Below are positions 18,352 through 28,152 of a stretch of DNA of 40,324 bases, piece after piece. Position 1 is the stretch's first letter. Every line of letters begins with the position of its first letter. The position numbers and the translations under genes are program-made. The notes beneath the pieces were generated by a model that was given only the letters and a program-made list of their open reading frames with translations, was not told where the DNA came from and ran no database searches. The stretch is from a virus (taxonomy: Duplodnaviria > Caudoviricetes), in the IMG/VR virus record IMGVR_UViG_3300021142_000076, positions 1-40,324 of that record. One strand, written 5' to 3'.

Positions 18352-19089
18352 TCAATAAAGGGTTGAATATCTCATGCCTGAATTACCCGGAGACGCTGAA
18401 TACATGGCGTTGTTTTGCGAGGATTGACTGGCGGCACCGCCCAAGCTGCTGAGTAGCTGTGAGAACTGCGCACGCTTCTGTGCGGAGTAATTGTTCTGCG
18501 CTTGTGCGAGATCGAGGCTCGATTGCGTCATGGCATTCTGCGCGCGCAGTTTTGCCGCTCCTGCGTCCGCCTGAGAATTCAAGATGTCGATGCCGACGTT
18601 GTAGGCGTCCGTGCGCTGATTGCCAGCCTCGGTGAACAGCCCGCGCCGCTGGCCCTCGGTCTGGAAAAGATTCTCATCCACCGCCCGCTGCTCATTGGCC
18701 GCGCTAGCTGCCAGCAGTTGCAGCGGTGAACCCGTGGTGTCTGCCACGCCGCTCTTGGCAATCTGAGCGCGCTGTGAGGCAATCATAGCCTCGTAGTCCT
18801 GACGAGTGCGCAAAGCGTTCTGCTGCCCTGCTGCAGTGACCGCGCCCGCCTGCTGCTCCAGCACGTTCGCATTTCGTTCCAGCGCGGCCTTTTCATTCGC
18901 AGCGATCTGCTGGTTGATGGCACTCTGCATCGTCGAAGCCTGCTGCTGCTCCTGGATGTTCTGGGCGTTCATCTGAAAATTCAGATTCGCCATGTTCATC
19001 TGCATTTTGGCTTCGTCGTTGCCGCCAAAAAACGAACTGCCAGCCCCGAAGGCTTGGAGAATAGGCCCAATGATTCCGAGTGCTTGCAT
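18352..19089 (-). CDS. Internal virion protein (gp14-like position)
   Basis: Hydrophobic Gly-rich N-terminus, Q/A-rich coiled coil, A.SGV...GSP motif. Confidence 0.75.
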   Translation of the reverse strand: MQALGIIGPILQAFGAGSSFFGGNDEAKMQMNMANLNFQMNAQNIQEQQQASTMQSAINQQIAANEKAALERNANVLEQQAGAVTAAGQQNALRTRQDYEAMIASQRAQIAKSGVADTTGSPLQLLAASAANEQRAVDENLFQTEGQRRGLFTEAGNQRTDAYNVGIDILNSQADAGAAKLRAQNAMTQSSLDLAQAQNNYSAQKRAQFSQLLSSLGGAASQSSQNNAMYSASPGNSGMRYSTLY

Positions 19090-19091
19090 AA

Positions 19092-19538
19092 CTATTCGCG
19101 AATGAGGTAGAGGCCGCGCCCATCCGGCGTGCAGATTTGAAACCCGAAGGACCGCAGCACGCGAATCATCGCATCCGTCTGAGGCCACGCTTTGAAGAAC
19201 GTGAAATCACCATGAGCTTTGGCGCAGGTCACACACGCTTCGATGGCCCAGCCCATCGCCCGCCGAGCTTCCGCAAAAGACAGGCCGGGCCGAGTAACAG
19301 GGTTTTCCAAGTGGCAGACGCCGATACCGTAGGACTCATAGCACCACAGCGCCGCTACCGGCGCTCCATCACACTCAACGATGATCCCTAGCGGTGGCAG
19401 CAATCCCTCGTGCAGGTGCTCATTGTGGCGCTCAAACCACCAGCCATCCACGAGCTGATAATCCCCCAGCCGTTCGCCGTAGATTCGGACCTGGAACAGA
19501 GGTGGTTTTGCGGCTGGAGCGAGTGGTTCAACTGCCAT
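19092..19538 (-). CDS. GNAT-like protein (gp13-like position)
   Basis: Position after the nozzle gene; C-terminal LRSFGF motif. Confidence 0.6.
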   Translation of the reverse strand: MAVEPLAPAAKPPLFQVRIYGERLGDYQLVDGWWFERHNEHLHEGLLPPLGIIVECDGAPVAALWCYESYGIGVCHLENPVTRPGLSFAEARRAMGWAIEACVTCAKAHGDFTFFKAWPQTDAMIRVLRSFGFQICTPDGRGLYLIRE

Positions 19539-22125
19539 ACACCTGGAGCGTGGGAATCAAACTCAGAATGTTCAAGGGCATAGCCGAGGAAGTTTCGAGG
19601 ATCACGCTCACAGAGTCATTGAAGGCAGACATGGCCTGCAACCGTTTCAGGCCCGTATAGGGCGGCGGGGGTGCATCTGCATCGTCTGTGCTCTGTCGGA
19701 TGATGATCGGGAAAGCCTGCCCCGTGGGAGAATCCGCATAGGTCCCCGCCTGCGTCTTGTAGAGAAGTAGTGCCAGCTCGGCCACGCGGAACTTTCGCCC
19801 TTGCGCGGTGCCGTCCTGCAAGGGAACCTCGAACGGCATCGGCTGCAAGGTGCTCGTGAAATTCAGCCCGACCATGGCGCTTTGCGTCCCGGCCGGCACC
19901 GCAACAGTTCCCCCGACCACGCGGGCGTTCGGAAGCTCGGCACCATCGGCCACAATGCCCACCTCTTGGCCTTCCAGGTGGTCAAGGCCGGTCACAGATG
20001 ACAACGAGCCTGTCTGAGCTACGGCTGCGTCCAAATGGAACACGGGGTTTCCACGTTCCAGGTTTGCCCAGAATCCAGACTGCAGCCGCTCTATGCGCCG
20101 CGTGCCGTTGCGGTTCACCACCAGCCAGACCTCATCGCCGCCGGCGGGAAGGCCATAGACCACAGAGACGCTTTCCACAGTTCCATCCGTTTCGTGGTGA
20201 GCCCACGCAATCACATCTTCATCGCGGCGGTAGGCGCATGACAGCAGCATGCCATCATTCGTCACGGCCCAGATGGTGCGGTCAGGAGTGCGCGCCACGG
20301 AAAAACTGCGAATGCCCTGCAACGTCCGGTGCGTGAATAGCTCTGTGACATAAGGGGCGGTGTAGTTCTGAGTTTGCCAGTCAAAGACGTATTCGCGCAC
20401 ATGAAACCCGGTGCGGTCCACAAACAGCACCACACTGCCGCAGATGAGCGCCTGAATGGGAGAGCTGCCCTCGGTGCTCTGACGCTTCGTGAACACGTTC
20501 GATGGCGTGATGGGATTCCCTGTGGTGCCTCCAGATACAAGCCATTCGTCGCCCTCGGTGCCAACAATGATGCCGTCCTGAGACGCCATCCACACGATGG
20601 GATTGCTTTCCTGAGCTCCAATCTGGTAGCTGTAGCTGCCATCAGCCAGGCCGGTTTGTGTGAAGTTGCGGAAGTCGCCCGACACACTGCCCCAGATGTT
20701 TTGTGGCTGCGCATAGGTGGCCGCAAATACGAGACGCTGCTCGTGCAGCGTGATGGCCGCAGGGTAGCCGCGCACCACATTGAATGCCCCCTCACTCCAC
20801 CAGGTGGTTTGATTCGTCGAATACACCGGCTTGATCACGTCCACCATCACCTGTCGAGGTCCTGAGTAGCCAACCACTTTGACGAGTCCGTAAATGAGAG
20901 CGTCCGTGGCCTCGAACACCCACCTCGGCTCTGCCACATCGGACGCCGGTGCAGCATAGACGTTGGCTCCGCGAAGGCGGAAAACCGTCTCAGTGTCCAC
21001 CGTGTCAAAGGCCGATATGTTCCTGTCCATCTGACCGGTCCAGTTGCGAATGATGTCCCAGGTGCCAGCGGCGTTCTGCGCTTCGAGATACATGTCGCCC
21101 GCCCAGCGGCCATAGGTCGCCAAGTCCCATCGCCCCGTTATCCTCAATTCGTCAGATGTGCCGGAAAGATAGGCAGGCGGCGCAAAAGTGATGGTGAGAG
21201 GTGACGTGAGCGTGGTTCCATCCCAGATGCCAATGGTAAACGTGCAGGTTGATCCAGGAGAAACCGTCACGTCGCGCACCCGAAGGCGCACCTTTCCCGT
21301 GTCAGTGCCAGTGACAGAAATCTGTGAACCGGTGATGTTCTGTGACGTGTTGAGCACATCATAAGCTCCATCGGTGGCATTCCATTTTTCTACAAATACC
21401 GTTCCATCCCAAAGTCCTGTGGTGCTCACCTGCCATTGCTGGTCAGTGAGGGTAATGTCTGCTGTCTGCGCCGACTGCCGCGCCGTTGGCTGCCAGTCCA
21501 ATTCGACCGAGAGCGTATCGCGGTAGTGCCCAACCTTCCAGAAGCTTCCGACGTGAGCCGACTGAAACAGATCGGCGTCAGAGGTCATGATCACGCCAGA
21601 ACCACTGGTTGCAGCCAACTGCACCTGCGTTGCCCCAACGTTCTCGTCACGCATCGGCGGGAACGAGTTCGCATTCACACCCCACGGAATGGGATTCAAC
21701 GTCCAGTTGTTGTCGGCGACATGCGTCAGCTCTCGCTCTTGCACCTCGGGGTGAACCATCCACATGACGTCATTGACCTGAACGAGCTGCACTGCGTCAA
21801 TTTGAACGTCAGACCACGGTGCTGCAGCAGGTCCAAAGATAACGGCTCCCGTGTCCGCGTTGAACACTCGAAACTGAAGATTGGCCAGCTCGATCTGGAA
21901 CTTTTTCGCAGAGCTGAAGGAAAAGGGAATGATGCGCGAGTGCCGCGTTGGATCAATGGCCATGCCCACGTGCATCATGGACGGCCGTCGGAAGGCTCCG
22001 CCAAAAGCACGCGGCACGAAATTCGTCAGTTCCACGCATGCCTGACGCATGTTGGGAAGGTCCACCCGGCCAATCATGAGCGGAGTCACCTCACCGCTGT
22101 TGAAGCTGTTGATGAGCGCCTTCAC
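19528..22125 (-). CDS. Tail tubular protein B (nozzle)
   Basis: NSFNSGEVTP...GGAFRRP; WSEGAF...GYP...EQRLVFA; AWAHHET. Confidence 0.92.
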   Translation of the reverse strand: MKALINSFNSGEVTPLMIGRVDLPNMRQACVELTNFVPRAFGGAFRRPSMMHVGMAIDPTRHSRIIPFSFSSAKKFQIELANLQFRVFNADTGAVIFGPAAAPWSDVQIDAVQLVQVNDVMWMVHPEVQERELTHVADNNWTLNPIPWGVNANSFPPMRDENVGATQVQLAATSGSGVIMTSDADLFQSAHVGSFWKVGHYRDTLSVELDWQPTARQSAQTADITLTDQQWQVSTTGLWDGTVFVEKWNATDGAYDVLNTSQNITGSQISVTGTDTGKVRLRVRDVTVSPGSTCTFTIGIWDGTTLTSPLTITFAPPAYLSGTSDELRITGRWDLATYGRWAGDMYLEAQNAAGTWDIIRNWTGQMDRNISAFDTVDTETVFRLRGANVYAAPASDVAEPRWVFEATDALIYGLVKVVGYSGPRQVMVDVIKPVYSTNQTTWWSEGAFNVVRGYPAAITLHEQRLVFAATYAQPQNIWGSVSGDFRNFTQTGLADGSYSYQIGAQESNPIVWMASQDGIIVGTEGDEWLVSGGTTGNPITPSNVFTKRQSTEGSSPIQALICGSVVLFVDRTGFHVREYVFDWQTQNYTAPYVTELFTHRTLQGIRSFSVARTPDRTIWAVTNDGMLLSCAYRRDEDVIAWAHHETDGTVESVSVVYGLPAGGDEVWLVVNRNGTRRIERLQSGFWANLERGNPVFHLDAAVAQTGSLSSVTGLDHLEGQEVGIVADGAELPNARVVGGTVAVPAGTQSAMVGLNFTSTLQPMPFEVPLQDGTAQGRKFRVAELALLLYKTQAGTYADSPTGQAFPIIIRQSTDDADAPPPPYTGLKRLQAMSAFNDSVSVILETSSAMPLNILSLIPTLQVYGS

Positions 22126-22733
22126 CAGTTATAAGCGCCCCTCCGAGCATCCATGTAGCCGCTGTGCTCTGTGGCCAGCACCGCACGCGGACGGGTTTCG
22201 AGGTTGTCGGGGCCAAACGCCTTCAGCATCGCCATGTCCGCGTTCTTCATCATCTGGTCAGCCAGGCCGGCAGAGGTCGTCATGGCCGGACAGATGGCAG
22301 CCGCCAGCCGAAAGGTGAAGGCCTCCACGAATGACGCATCCCACATCGAGGTGTCATCTGCCCGCCGAATGTAGCGCAGCTCCGCACGCGGACTGGTGTC
22401 GGTTGAATCCACGTCGCAGAGCAGCATGCCAGACTCAATGTCGAACCTGTCCTCTCCCGTGCCTGCCTCCATGCCGTTCCATTCCAGGCAGCGGATGTAA
22501 TCCGCAGGCAGTTGATAGGCTGCCGACCAGTCGAACGGCGGATCGACACCAAGGCGTGAGAGTGTGGCCCGGTTGATGGCAAAGTTCCAATCTTTCTGCC
22601 GCAGCAGGCCGTCGCGGGCAAAGTCCCACATACGGCGCAGATGTTGAGCCGATGGAGACACCTCGTCGATGCTCTGAATCAGCGCCGTTCCCAGATGGCC
22701 TAGCGTGATGTTGGCGATTTCAGTTTTCGTCAT
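22122..22733 (-). CDS. Tail tubular protein A (adaptor)
   Basis: IANITLGHLG...WNFAI...YQLPADY...RLAAAI. Confidence 0.9.
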   Translation of the reverse strand: MTKTEIANITLGHLGTALIQSIDEVSPSAQHLRRMWDFARDGLLRQKDWNFAINRATLSRLGVDPPFDWSAAYQLPADYIRCLEWNGMEAGTGEDRFDIESGMLLCDVDSTDTSPRAELRYIRRADDTSMWDASFVEAFTFRLAAAICPAMTTSAGLADQMMKNADMAMLKAFGPDNLETRPRAVLATEHSGYMDARRGAYNW

Positions 22734-22739
22734 GATCTT

Positions 22740-22781
22740 GAAATGAAAGACGGCCCGCCCTCATTGCTGAGAACGGGCCGT
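22740..22781 (-). terminator. Intrinsic terminator after the capsid genes
   Basis: ACGGCCCG/CGGGCCGT stem followed by CTTTCATTTC. Confidence 0.65.
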
Positions 22782-22830
22782 GTGAGGAGTCACCACCAAC
22801 CACAGAGCGACTCGAATTGTTTGGCCCGGC

Positions 22831-23313
22831 TTATTCCACGTCGTAAACGACTTCGACAACGAAGGTGTTCGTCGCAGCCAGAGTGAGCGTGGTTCCAGTG
22901 CCGTAGTTAAGCACCAACTTAAGCAGGTCTGTTTCATCCAGGGCCACAGTGTCTCCACCTGCGGAAGGCAGAGCCAGCTGCGTGGTAGCTGTTGGACTGG
23001 TCACTTCTGCAGTCTGGGCTGAAAGCGCCACCGGATTTGCGCCTGTAGAGTCCGTCTTTTGCAGGGTGAATTTGACCGCAGGATTGCCTGTACCAGTGCC
23101 ACGAATACGGCACTCTTCAGGGATGATGCGGCAGCCTGTGAGAGCCAGCGAGCCGAGAACGACGGTATCGCCATCGGCGCGGGAGGCGTCAGCGGTCCAG
23201 GTGAAACGCGCGCGGCGGCGGGTGGCAGCCAGAGGTGCGCGAGAGGGTGAGTAGTTGCGGGAAGCAGCCGCAAGAATAACGGCAGCTTGGAAGTCAGAAT
23301 TGAGGGAGGCCAT
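22831..23313 (-). CDS. Putative capsid decoration/cement protein
   Basis: Beta-rich; immediately downstream of MCP. Confidence 0.65.
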   Translation of the reverse strand: MASLNSDFQAAVILAAASRNYSPSRAPLAATRRRARFTWTADASRADGDTVVLGSLALTGCRIIPEECRIRGTGTGNPAVKFTLQKTDSTGANPVALSAQTAEVTSPTATTQLALPSAGGDTVALDETDLLKLVLNYGTGTTLTLAATNTFVVEVVYDVE

Positions 23314-23344
23314 AAAAGTAGAAGGATGAAAGTTTGATTGTCAG

Positions 23345-23380
23345 GATGAAGAATGGCCAGCCCCGGTTAAGAGGCTGGCC
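23345..23380 (-). terminator. Weak terminator or stabilising hairpin after MCP
   Basis: GGCCAGCC/GGCTGGCC stem followed by ATTCTTC. Confidence 0.5.
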
Positions 23381-23389
23381 GTGATTGGA

Positions 23390-24340
23390 CTACGGGGATG
23401 GGTCGCAAGGAATCTTGATCACCATCTCGTCGAACACGCGGAACGCGCCGAACTGAGCGTATGCCGTGACCTGGATCGAGTGACGCTGCGTTGGCAGCAC
23501 GTCGATGTGGGTTTCGATGCCCTGCACAGGAGAGACACAGAAGGCGCGCTTGGCGAAAGCAACGCAGGTGCGAATGCCGGTGTTCGGATCTTGGTAGAGA
23601 CGTTCGCTGGACACGACGCGGAAGCCCATCAGCTTCGCGTCCATGTTGCCTTCGAGTCGACTCTTAAACCATTCGAGGGTGACCTTGGCCCATGCGTTGT
23701 TAGGCGCGGCTTCAGCGGACAGAATAAGCTGCGTTTCTTCCTCGCTGGAGATGGCGAGAACCATGTCCTCGCGGTCGAAGTCGATGAACGCAGCTTTGAA
23801 CCGGCGGCGAGCTTCGAGCACCTTCCACGGGGTAAGTCCCTGATTGGCACCGATGGCGACGAGGGGCTTGATGTAACCCACGTCGATGGCCTGACCCGAA
23901 GGGAAAGACTGCGGCGTGATGTAGGGCTCTGCACCACCGAGGGCGTCAGCGGTCGAGGCGGCAATGAAGAGGTCGTCAACGATGCGCTCGTGACCCATCA
24001 TCATGTCCTCGATCACCGGGCCGGTGGGCAGAGGGATGGAATCAAGAAGCTTCTGGTCGATGCGGTCGAACTTCTTCGGAGTGGCCTCGATGGCGCTCCA
24101 GAATCCGGAGCGGAAACCCGCCTCGAATTCTTCCGCGTTCGTTGCACCGAAGCGAGTGTTGTTGACGCGCCACGAGATCGTGTCGCGCATGCGCTTAACG
24201 TATTGTTTTGCCGTCCACTCCGGGTCAATGTTCATGACCGGTTTGAACTTGGATTCCTGCTGCTGAATCGCAGCGGTGAAGGAATCCTGGAACTGCCGTC
24301 GGGTATGTTCCGGGATTTGAAAGAGAGTGCCAAAAGACAT
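23390..24340 (-). CDS. Major capsid protein
   Basis: QQQESKFK...D.ID....DD.FIAA...GLT..KVLEA...MGFRVVSSERL...GAFRVFDEMV; follows the scaffold gene. Confidence 0.92.
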   Translation of the reverse strand: MSFGTLFQIPEHTRRQFQDSFTAAIQQQESKFKPVMNIDPEWTAKQYVKRMRDTISWRVNNTRFGATNAEEFEAGFRSGFWSAIEATPKKFDRIDQKLLDSIPLPTGPVIEDMMMGHERIVDDLFIAASTADALGGAEPYITPQSFPSGQAIDVGYIKPLVAIGANQGLTPWKVLEARRRFKAAFIDFDREDMVLAISSEEETQLILSAEAAPNNAWAKVTLEWFKSRLEGNMDAKLMGFRVVSSERLYQDPNTGIRTCVAFAKRAFCVSPVQGIETHIDVLPTQRHSIQVTAYAQFGAFRVFDEMVIKIPCDPSP

Positions 24341-24467
24341 GGTGTGAATGAGATTTGGCCGCGCTGATGGCGGGGCCGATTTGCTGATTCACTGCGCGGG
24401 AGCGGTAAGCCTCTGAGAGGGCCGGGAGCGTAGCGGCTGTGCGAGTAGGCTCTTGCGAGGCTCGCCT

Positions 24468-24507
24468 TAACAAACAAAGCGGTGGGAATCACCCCACCGC
24501 TTTGCAA
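24468..24507 (-). promoter_or_regulatory. Late promoter motif TTGCAA-N10-TGATTC embedded in a 12-bp-stem terminator-like hairpin
   Basis: Motif at 24486-24507; stem 24475-24486/24493-24504 followed by TTTGTT. Confidence 0.7.
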
Positions 24508-24525
24508 ACGCTATTTTTGGAATCT

Positions 24526-25416
24526 TTAAATTCCGGCTGCGTAGGCCGCTGATATTTTGGCGGTCACCTCTTTGTCGCCCTTTTGGTATTTCTCGTGAAG
24601 CGGATGGGACTTGTCATTCATGATGGTCTTGGCTTCAGCAATGGTCATTCCAGTGCTTCCACCACCACCGCCCTTCGTGCCGTCCTCACCGGCCACCTTG
24701 GCAGCCCATGACAGCGCATCGAGAGCGTCAGCGCCCCAGAATGCTGCCGTGTTGGTCGGATCGAATGCACCCGCTGCAATCGCCTTCTTGAGCGAGTCAG
24801 GAACGCCCGGCTTGTTCGCCAGTGCCTTGACGGCCGCAACGGTCTTGTCGATTTCTGGAAACCGCTTGGCGAGTTCCTGCTTCTCCAGTTCAAGGCCTTT
24901 CGTGAATTGCTCGTTGGTGGCCTTGATGGTCGCAGCTTGCTCCTTCAGATACTCATTGATGATGGTCTCTGCACTCGCCTTCGGGATGCCTGCAGCATGC
25001 AGTTTGCCCTTCCACGCGGTGAGCTGCTCCTTGTTCAACTGCTCTTCCTTGATGCCTTCGGGCAGAGCGTGGCCGTATTCATCGGGCTTCTCAGGGACGC
25101 CAATGGCGTTGCGATATGCCGCGATTTCATCCGGCTTTGCATCAGCGCCAGGAACCTTGATCATCCCGTCAGTCTTTGCGCGCGCAGCCGCCATGCTGTC
25201 GCGCAGCATTTTGTCCACGTCGCCGAACGTCTTGGCTGTGGAGAGGGGGCCGTTGTAGTCCGCGCCAAAAGCCTTTTGGTGCCAGCCTTCGGAAAAAGAG
25301 CCGTCAGGCTTCAGCGCGCCGTCAAAGGATGGCGTGAAACCACCTGTGCCGCCGCCTCCGCCAGAGCCACCTTGACCACCTTCACCTTCCATGAGGAATA
25401 GAGGAAACATCTTCAT
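24526..25416 (-). CDS. Capsid scaffolding protein
   Basis: KVPGADA...YRNAIGVPEKPDEY; C-terminal IMNDKSHP; position upstream of MCP. Confidence 0.88.
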   Translation of the reverse strand: MKMFPLFLMEGEGGQGGSGGGGGTGGFTPSFDGALKPDGSFSEGWHQKAFGADYNGPLSTAKTFGDVDKMLRDSMAAARAKTDGMIKVPGADAKPDEIAAYRNAIGVPEKPDEYGHALPEGIKEEQLNKEQLTAWKGKLHAAGIPKASAETIINEYLKEQAATIKATNEQFTKGLELEKQELAKRFPEIDKTVAAVKALANKPGVPDSLKKAIAAGAFDPTNTAAFWGADALDALSWAAKVAGEDGTKGGGGGSTGMTIAEAKTIMNDKSHPLHEKYQKGDKEVTAKISAAYAAGI

Positions 25417-25419
25417 GGA

Positions 25420-25776
25420 TTACTTGCCCCCTTTCTGACGAGCTTTCCACGCGATGAGGTTCGGGCACTTGTCGCCCTTCAGCGGGTCGCGTGCGGGCAT
25501 CGGATCGGCTGGCGTGCTGGCGACTGGTGGCGGTGCGCCTTGAGGTCCAGGTCCCGGACCATTGCTGCCTTCGATGCTAGCGGTTGCGCTCGTTGCATCC
25601 TCGGTGTCCGGCGCTTCCCCGACGAGGAACTTCAGTTCAAGATTGCCAGCAACCTTGCGAATCTCGCCCTTGATGATCGGCGCGCACTGCATGGTGAGAT
25701 GACACGTCCCGTCTTGGATGATGCCGAGTTCTTCGCCGTCATTGGTGACGACGCCGTTGTTGATTTCGATTTTCAT
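25420..25776 (-). CDS. Hypothetical head-region protein
   Basis: ATGA-coupled start at 25776; C-terminal P.RDPLKGDK.P...W motif. Confidence 0.7.
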   Translation of the reverse strand: MKIEINNGVVTNDGEELGIIQDGTCHLTMQCAPIIKGEIRKVAGNLELKFLVGEAPDTEDATSATASIEGSNGPGPGPQGAPPPVASTPADPMPARDPLKGDKCPNLIAWKARQKGGK

Positions 25777-26030
25777 GATGTTGGTGGTGTTTGCTCTGGT
25801 GGTGGAAGCTGAGGCGTGTTTGCCCCAAACCTCCAAAGGGTTGCGACGACCTCGGCTCTGCCGTGCTGGTGGTCAGTCATGCCGGGAATGTGACAAAGGG
25901 GATGCGCGGCAGCCACGAGCGCCGAGAGCACCCGCTTGCCAGCGCCAGACGTGAAGCATTCAAGGCAGTCTTGCGCGAACTCGGCTTGAGCCGCTTTCGT
26001 AGGTGCAACGAGTTGTTCGAAGGCGGTCAT
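25773..26030 (-). CDS. Bbp19-like head protein
   Basis: F.S..GKRVL..L...GR..VV motif between portal and scaffold. Confidence 0.75.
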   Translation of the reverse strand: MTAFEQLVAPTKAAQAEFAQDCLECFTSGAGKRVLSALVAAAHPLCHIPGMTDHQHGRAEVVATLWRFGANTPQLPPPEQTPPTS

Positions 26031-27682
26031 GCGGCTTGCTGCTGGCCACCTCCCAAGGCTTGCTGTGCCATGTCCATGGCAGGTCCTGACTTCATGGCAG
26101 CCTGCGCCATCTCCATCTGCTGCTGTGCCTGCTGTGCTTGGGCGCGTGCATCGCGCAAGGCCTTCACGCTGTCCAGGTCACGAGTCGGCAGCGCCGCGTC
26201 ACGGATCATATCACGGGTCATCTGCTCTTCGTCCAGATTGTCGAGGACTGGACTGCCCATCTGCTGCAGAGGTGACAGCAGTTGGAAGATGGATGCGAAC
26301 TCAGACTGCCGGGCGAGCGCCATACTCTGCGCCATGCGATTCGTCTGCACGATGCTCGGGAACAGCAGCATGGGCCTGCCCAGAGCATCCTGCATGAACG
26401 CTTCCTGTGGCGGCTGCGGAAACTTCCCAGCGCGGTAGAGCAGCATAAAAACTCGCTCCATGATTGGATTGATGAACTCGACCGTAAGCGACGTGAACGC
26501 CGGAGAGAAACGGGCCACCTTCTCGGCCTGCCGCGCGCGAACCTCGGTGGCCGTAATCTCGCGGTCCATCTGGCTGAACTGGTCGAACAGCGGACGGTGA
26601 AAGGCTTCGTCGATAGCGCGCTCTTTTCGCTCCATGAGATTGAGTCCGATATCAAACCTACCCCCCGTCATCCACTCTTGAGGGAAGGTATCACGAGTCA
26701 GGCCGCCGAAGGTGATTCCACCAGCTCGCAGGTCGGGCACGCCCTGGAATCCCTGTGGCAGGATCATGCGCGGATTCACGGTGACCTCGGCCAAGGTGGA
26801 CATTAGCATTTCGAGGTAGTTCACCCCGCGAATCTCCGCCAGCGCGATCATGGCCGGACTCACGCCGTAGGCGCTCGCCTCGCTCCATTTGCGATAGCGC
26901 GAAGCGAACGAAGGAAGCTCGTCGTAACCCGACTCCTTCACGATCATCTGCGTTGGCTCGTGGATGTAAATCGAGGAAAACGCCTTGCCCTTTGGACCGG
27001 CGTTATCATCCACCGCCTTCAAGTCACGCGGAAAGATGCAGTGAATGTATTTGGTCTTTTCATCCAGCTTGTTGTTGGTGAGTTGCTGCTGAACGACAGG
27101 CGGCAGTTGGTCAAATTCCTGTTGAGCCTGCCGCGCTGTCCATTCGCGCTCGCGAAAGATGATGTCGCATTCGCCATCATCGTTCTCGGCAATGACATAG
27201 GTGCCAGCATCCCACGAGCGAAAGCGGAGCGCATTCTTCACGCCACTGTCAACGTGCAGAATATTCGTTCCGAACGTGCAACGGTCCTCCATGGACTCAT
27301 GCACACGAGGGTAGAAGCCAGCCACGAACATTTCAAGCAGCGCAATCTCAGTGCATGCCTCAAGCCATTCTTCTAGCGCATCATTCCCTCGCTGAGATGG
27401 AGCAGGTTTGAAGCTGAACCACCGTTGGTCACTCGGCATGATGGCCGACATGATTCCAGCTGAAAGGATCTCGTTTGCTTGGACGGCCCGAGAGTTCAGT
27501 AGCCGAGTGTCAGGCTGCCAAAGCTCCGTAGTTGTGCTGGCCTTGTTGTAGGCGTTAATGAGACTCTGAACCTTTCGAGTCAGGCACATACGTCCAACCT
27601 CCTGCCACAGCATTTGCATGGGGGCCGCGTGGTTCCGCAGGTCCTGATTCAGCTTGATGAGTGCCGATGGTGAAGAGTCCAT
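26027..27682 (-). CDS. Portal (head-tail connector)
   Basis: P...WF, FGT, ESGYDELP...R....S.YGVSPAM.AL, ITATEV.AR..EK motifs; start ATG 27682. Confidence 0.95.
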   Translation of the reverse strand: MDSSPSALIKLNQDLRNHAAPMQMLWQEVGRMCLTRKVQSLINAYNKASTTTELWQPDTRLLNSRAVQANEILSAGIMSAIMPSDQRWFSFKPAPSQRGNDALEEWLEACTEIALLEMFVAGFYPRVHESMEDRCTFGTNILHVDSGVKNALRFRSWDAGTYVIAENDDGECDIIFREREWTARQAQQEFDQLPPVVQQQLTNNKLDEKTKYIHCIFPRDLKAVDDNAGPKGKAFSSIYIHEPTQMIVKESGYDELPSFASRYRKWSEASAYGVSPAMIALAEIRGVNYLEMLMSTLAEVTVNPRMILPQGFQGVPDLRAGGITFGGLTRDTFPQEWMTGGRFDIGLNLMERKERAIDEAFHRPLFDQFSQMDREITATEVRARQAEKVARFSPAFTSLTVEFINPIMERVFMLLYRAGKFPQPPQEAFMQDALGRPMLLFPSIVQTNRMAQSMALARQSEFASIFQLLSPLQQMGSPVLDNLDEEQMTRDMIRDAALPTRDLDSVKALRDARAQAQQAQQQMEMAQAAMKSGPAMDMAQQALGGGQQQAA

Positions 27683-28152
27683 CAGAGAGGCTTGAGTGCG
27701 TAGGTTACGCCGTTGATCGTGGCTGGACGGCCAGGGAACCATGCCCAATCCACCGCCTGATTATCCACGCCTCCATTGATGGGGGATTCGAGCATACCGA
27801 GAGCACGCGCCAACGCGATGCTTCCCTCACCGATCTTGCGCCGTGGCCCGATGTCGCCGAGCACGGCTTGCACGGTGCGCCCGCGATAGGTGGCTTGCCC
27901 AATGCAGCCCAGCACGACACCGGGAACCATCTGGGCAATGATTGGATTCGCTACGATGTAAGGAACCTGCATGGCATCGATGGGCTTTCCATCGGGGCCG
28001 AGAAGTGATGTCTCCGCCTGCCAGCACGGATCGTGGTAATGGTTCGTTGGGTCACCGTCACCATCCACGCGGAACCAGCGCGTTGAATATCTCACAGAGC
28101 CGTCGTCATTCAGGACAACTGGAATGCGCTCGATGGTGGCAAGAATCTTCAC
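27682..28152 (-). CDS. GH75 chitosanase-like hydrolase, candidate endolysin
   Basis: VDGDG...IDA..VPYIV...LG......Y.G....AVLGDIGP..KIGEGSIALARALG. Confidence 0.75.
   Translation of the reverse strand: MKILATIERIPVVLNDDGSVRYSTRWFRVDGDGDPTNHYHDPCWQAETSLLGPDGKPIDAMQVPYIVANPIIAQMVPGVVLGCIGQATYRGRTVQAVLGDIGPRRKIGEGSIALARALGMLESPINGGVDNQAVDWAWFPGRPATINGVTYALKPL

Noticed and set aside
23381-24367. Long plus-strand ORFs opposite MCP and other structural genes (also 9037-9891 and 17438-18298)
   Set aside because: Antisense frames expected from GC-rich codon bias; no recognisable motifs.
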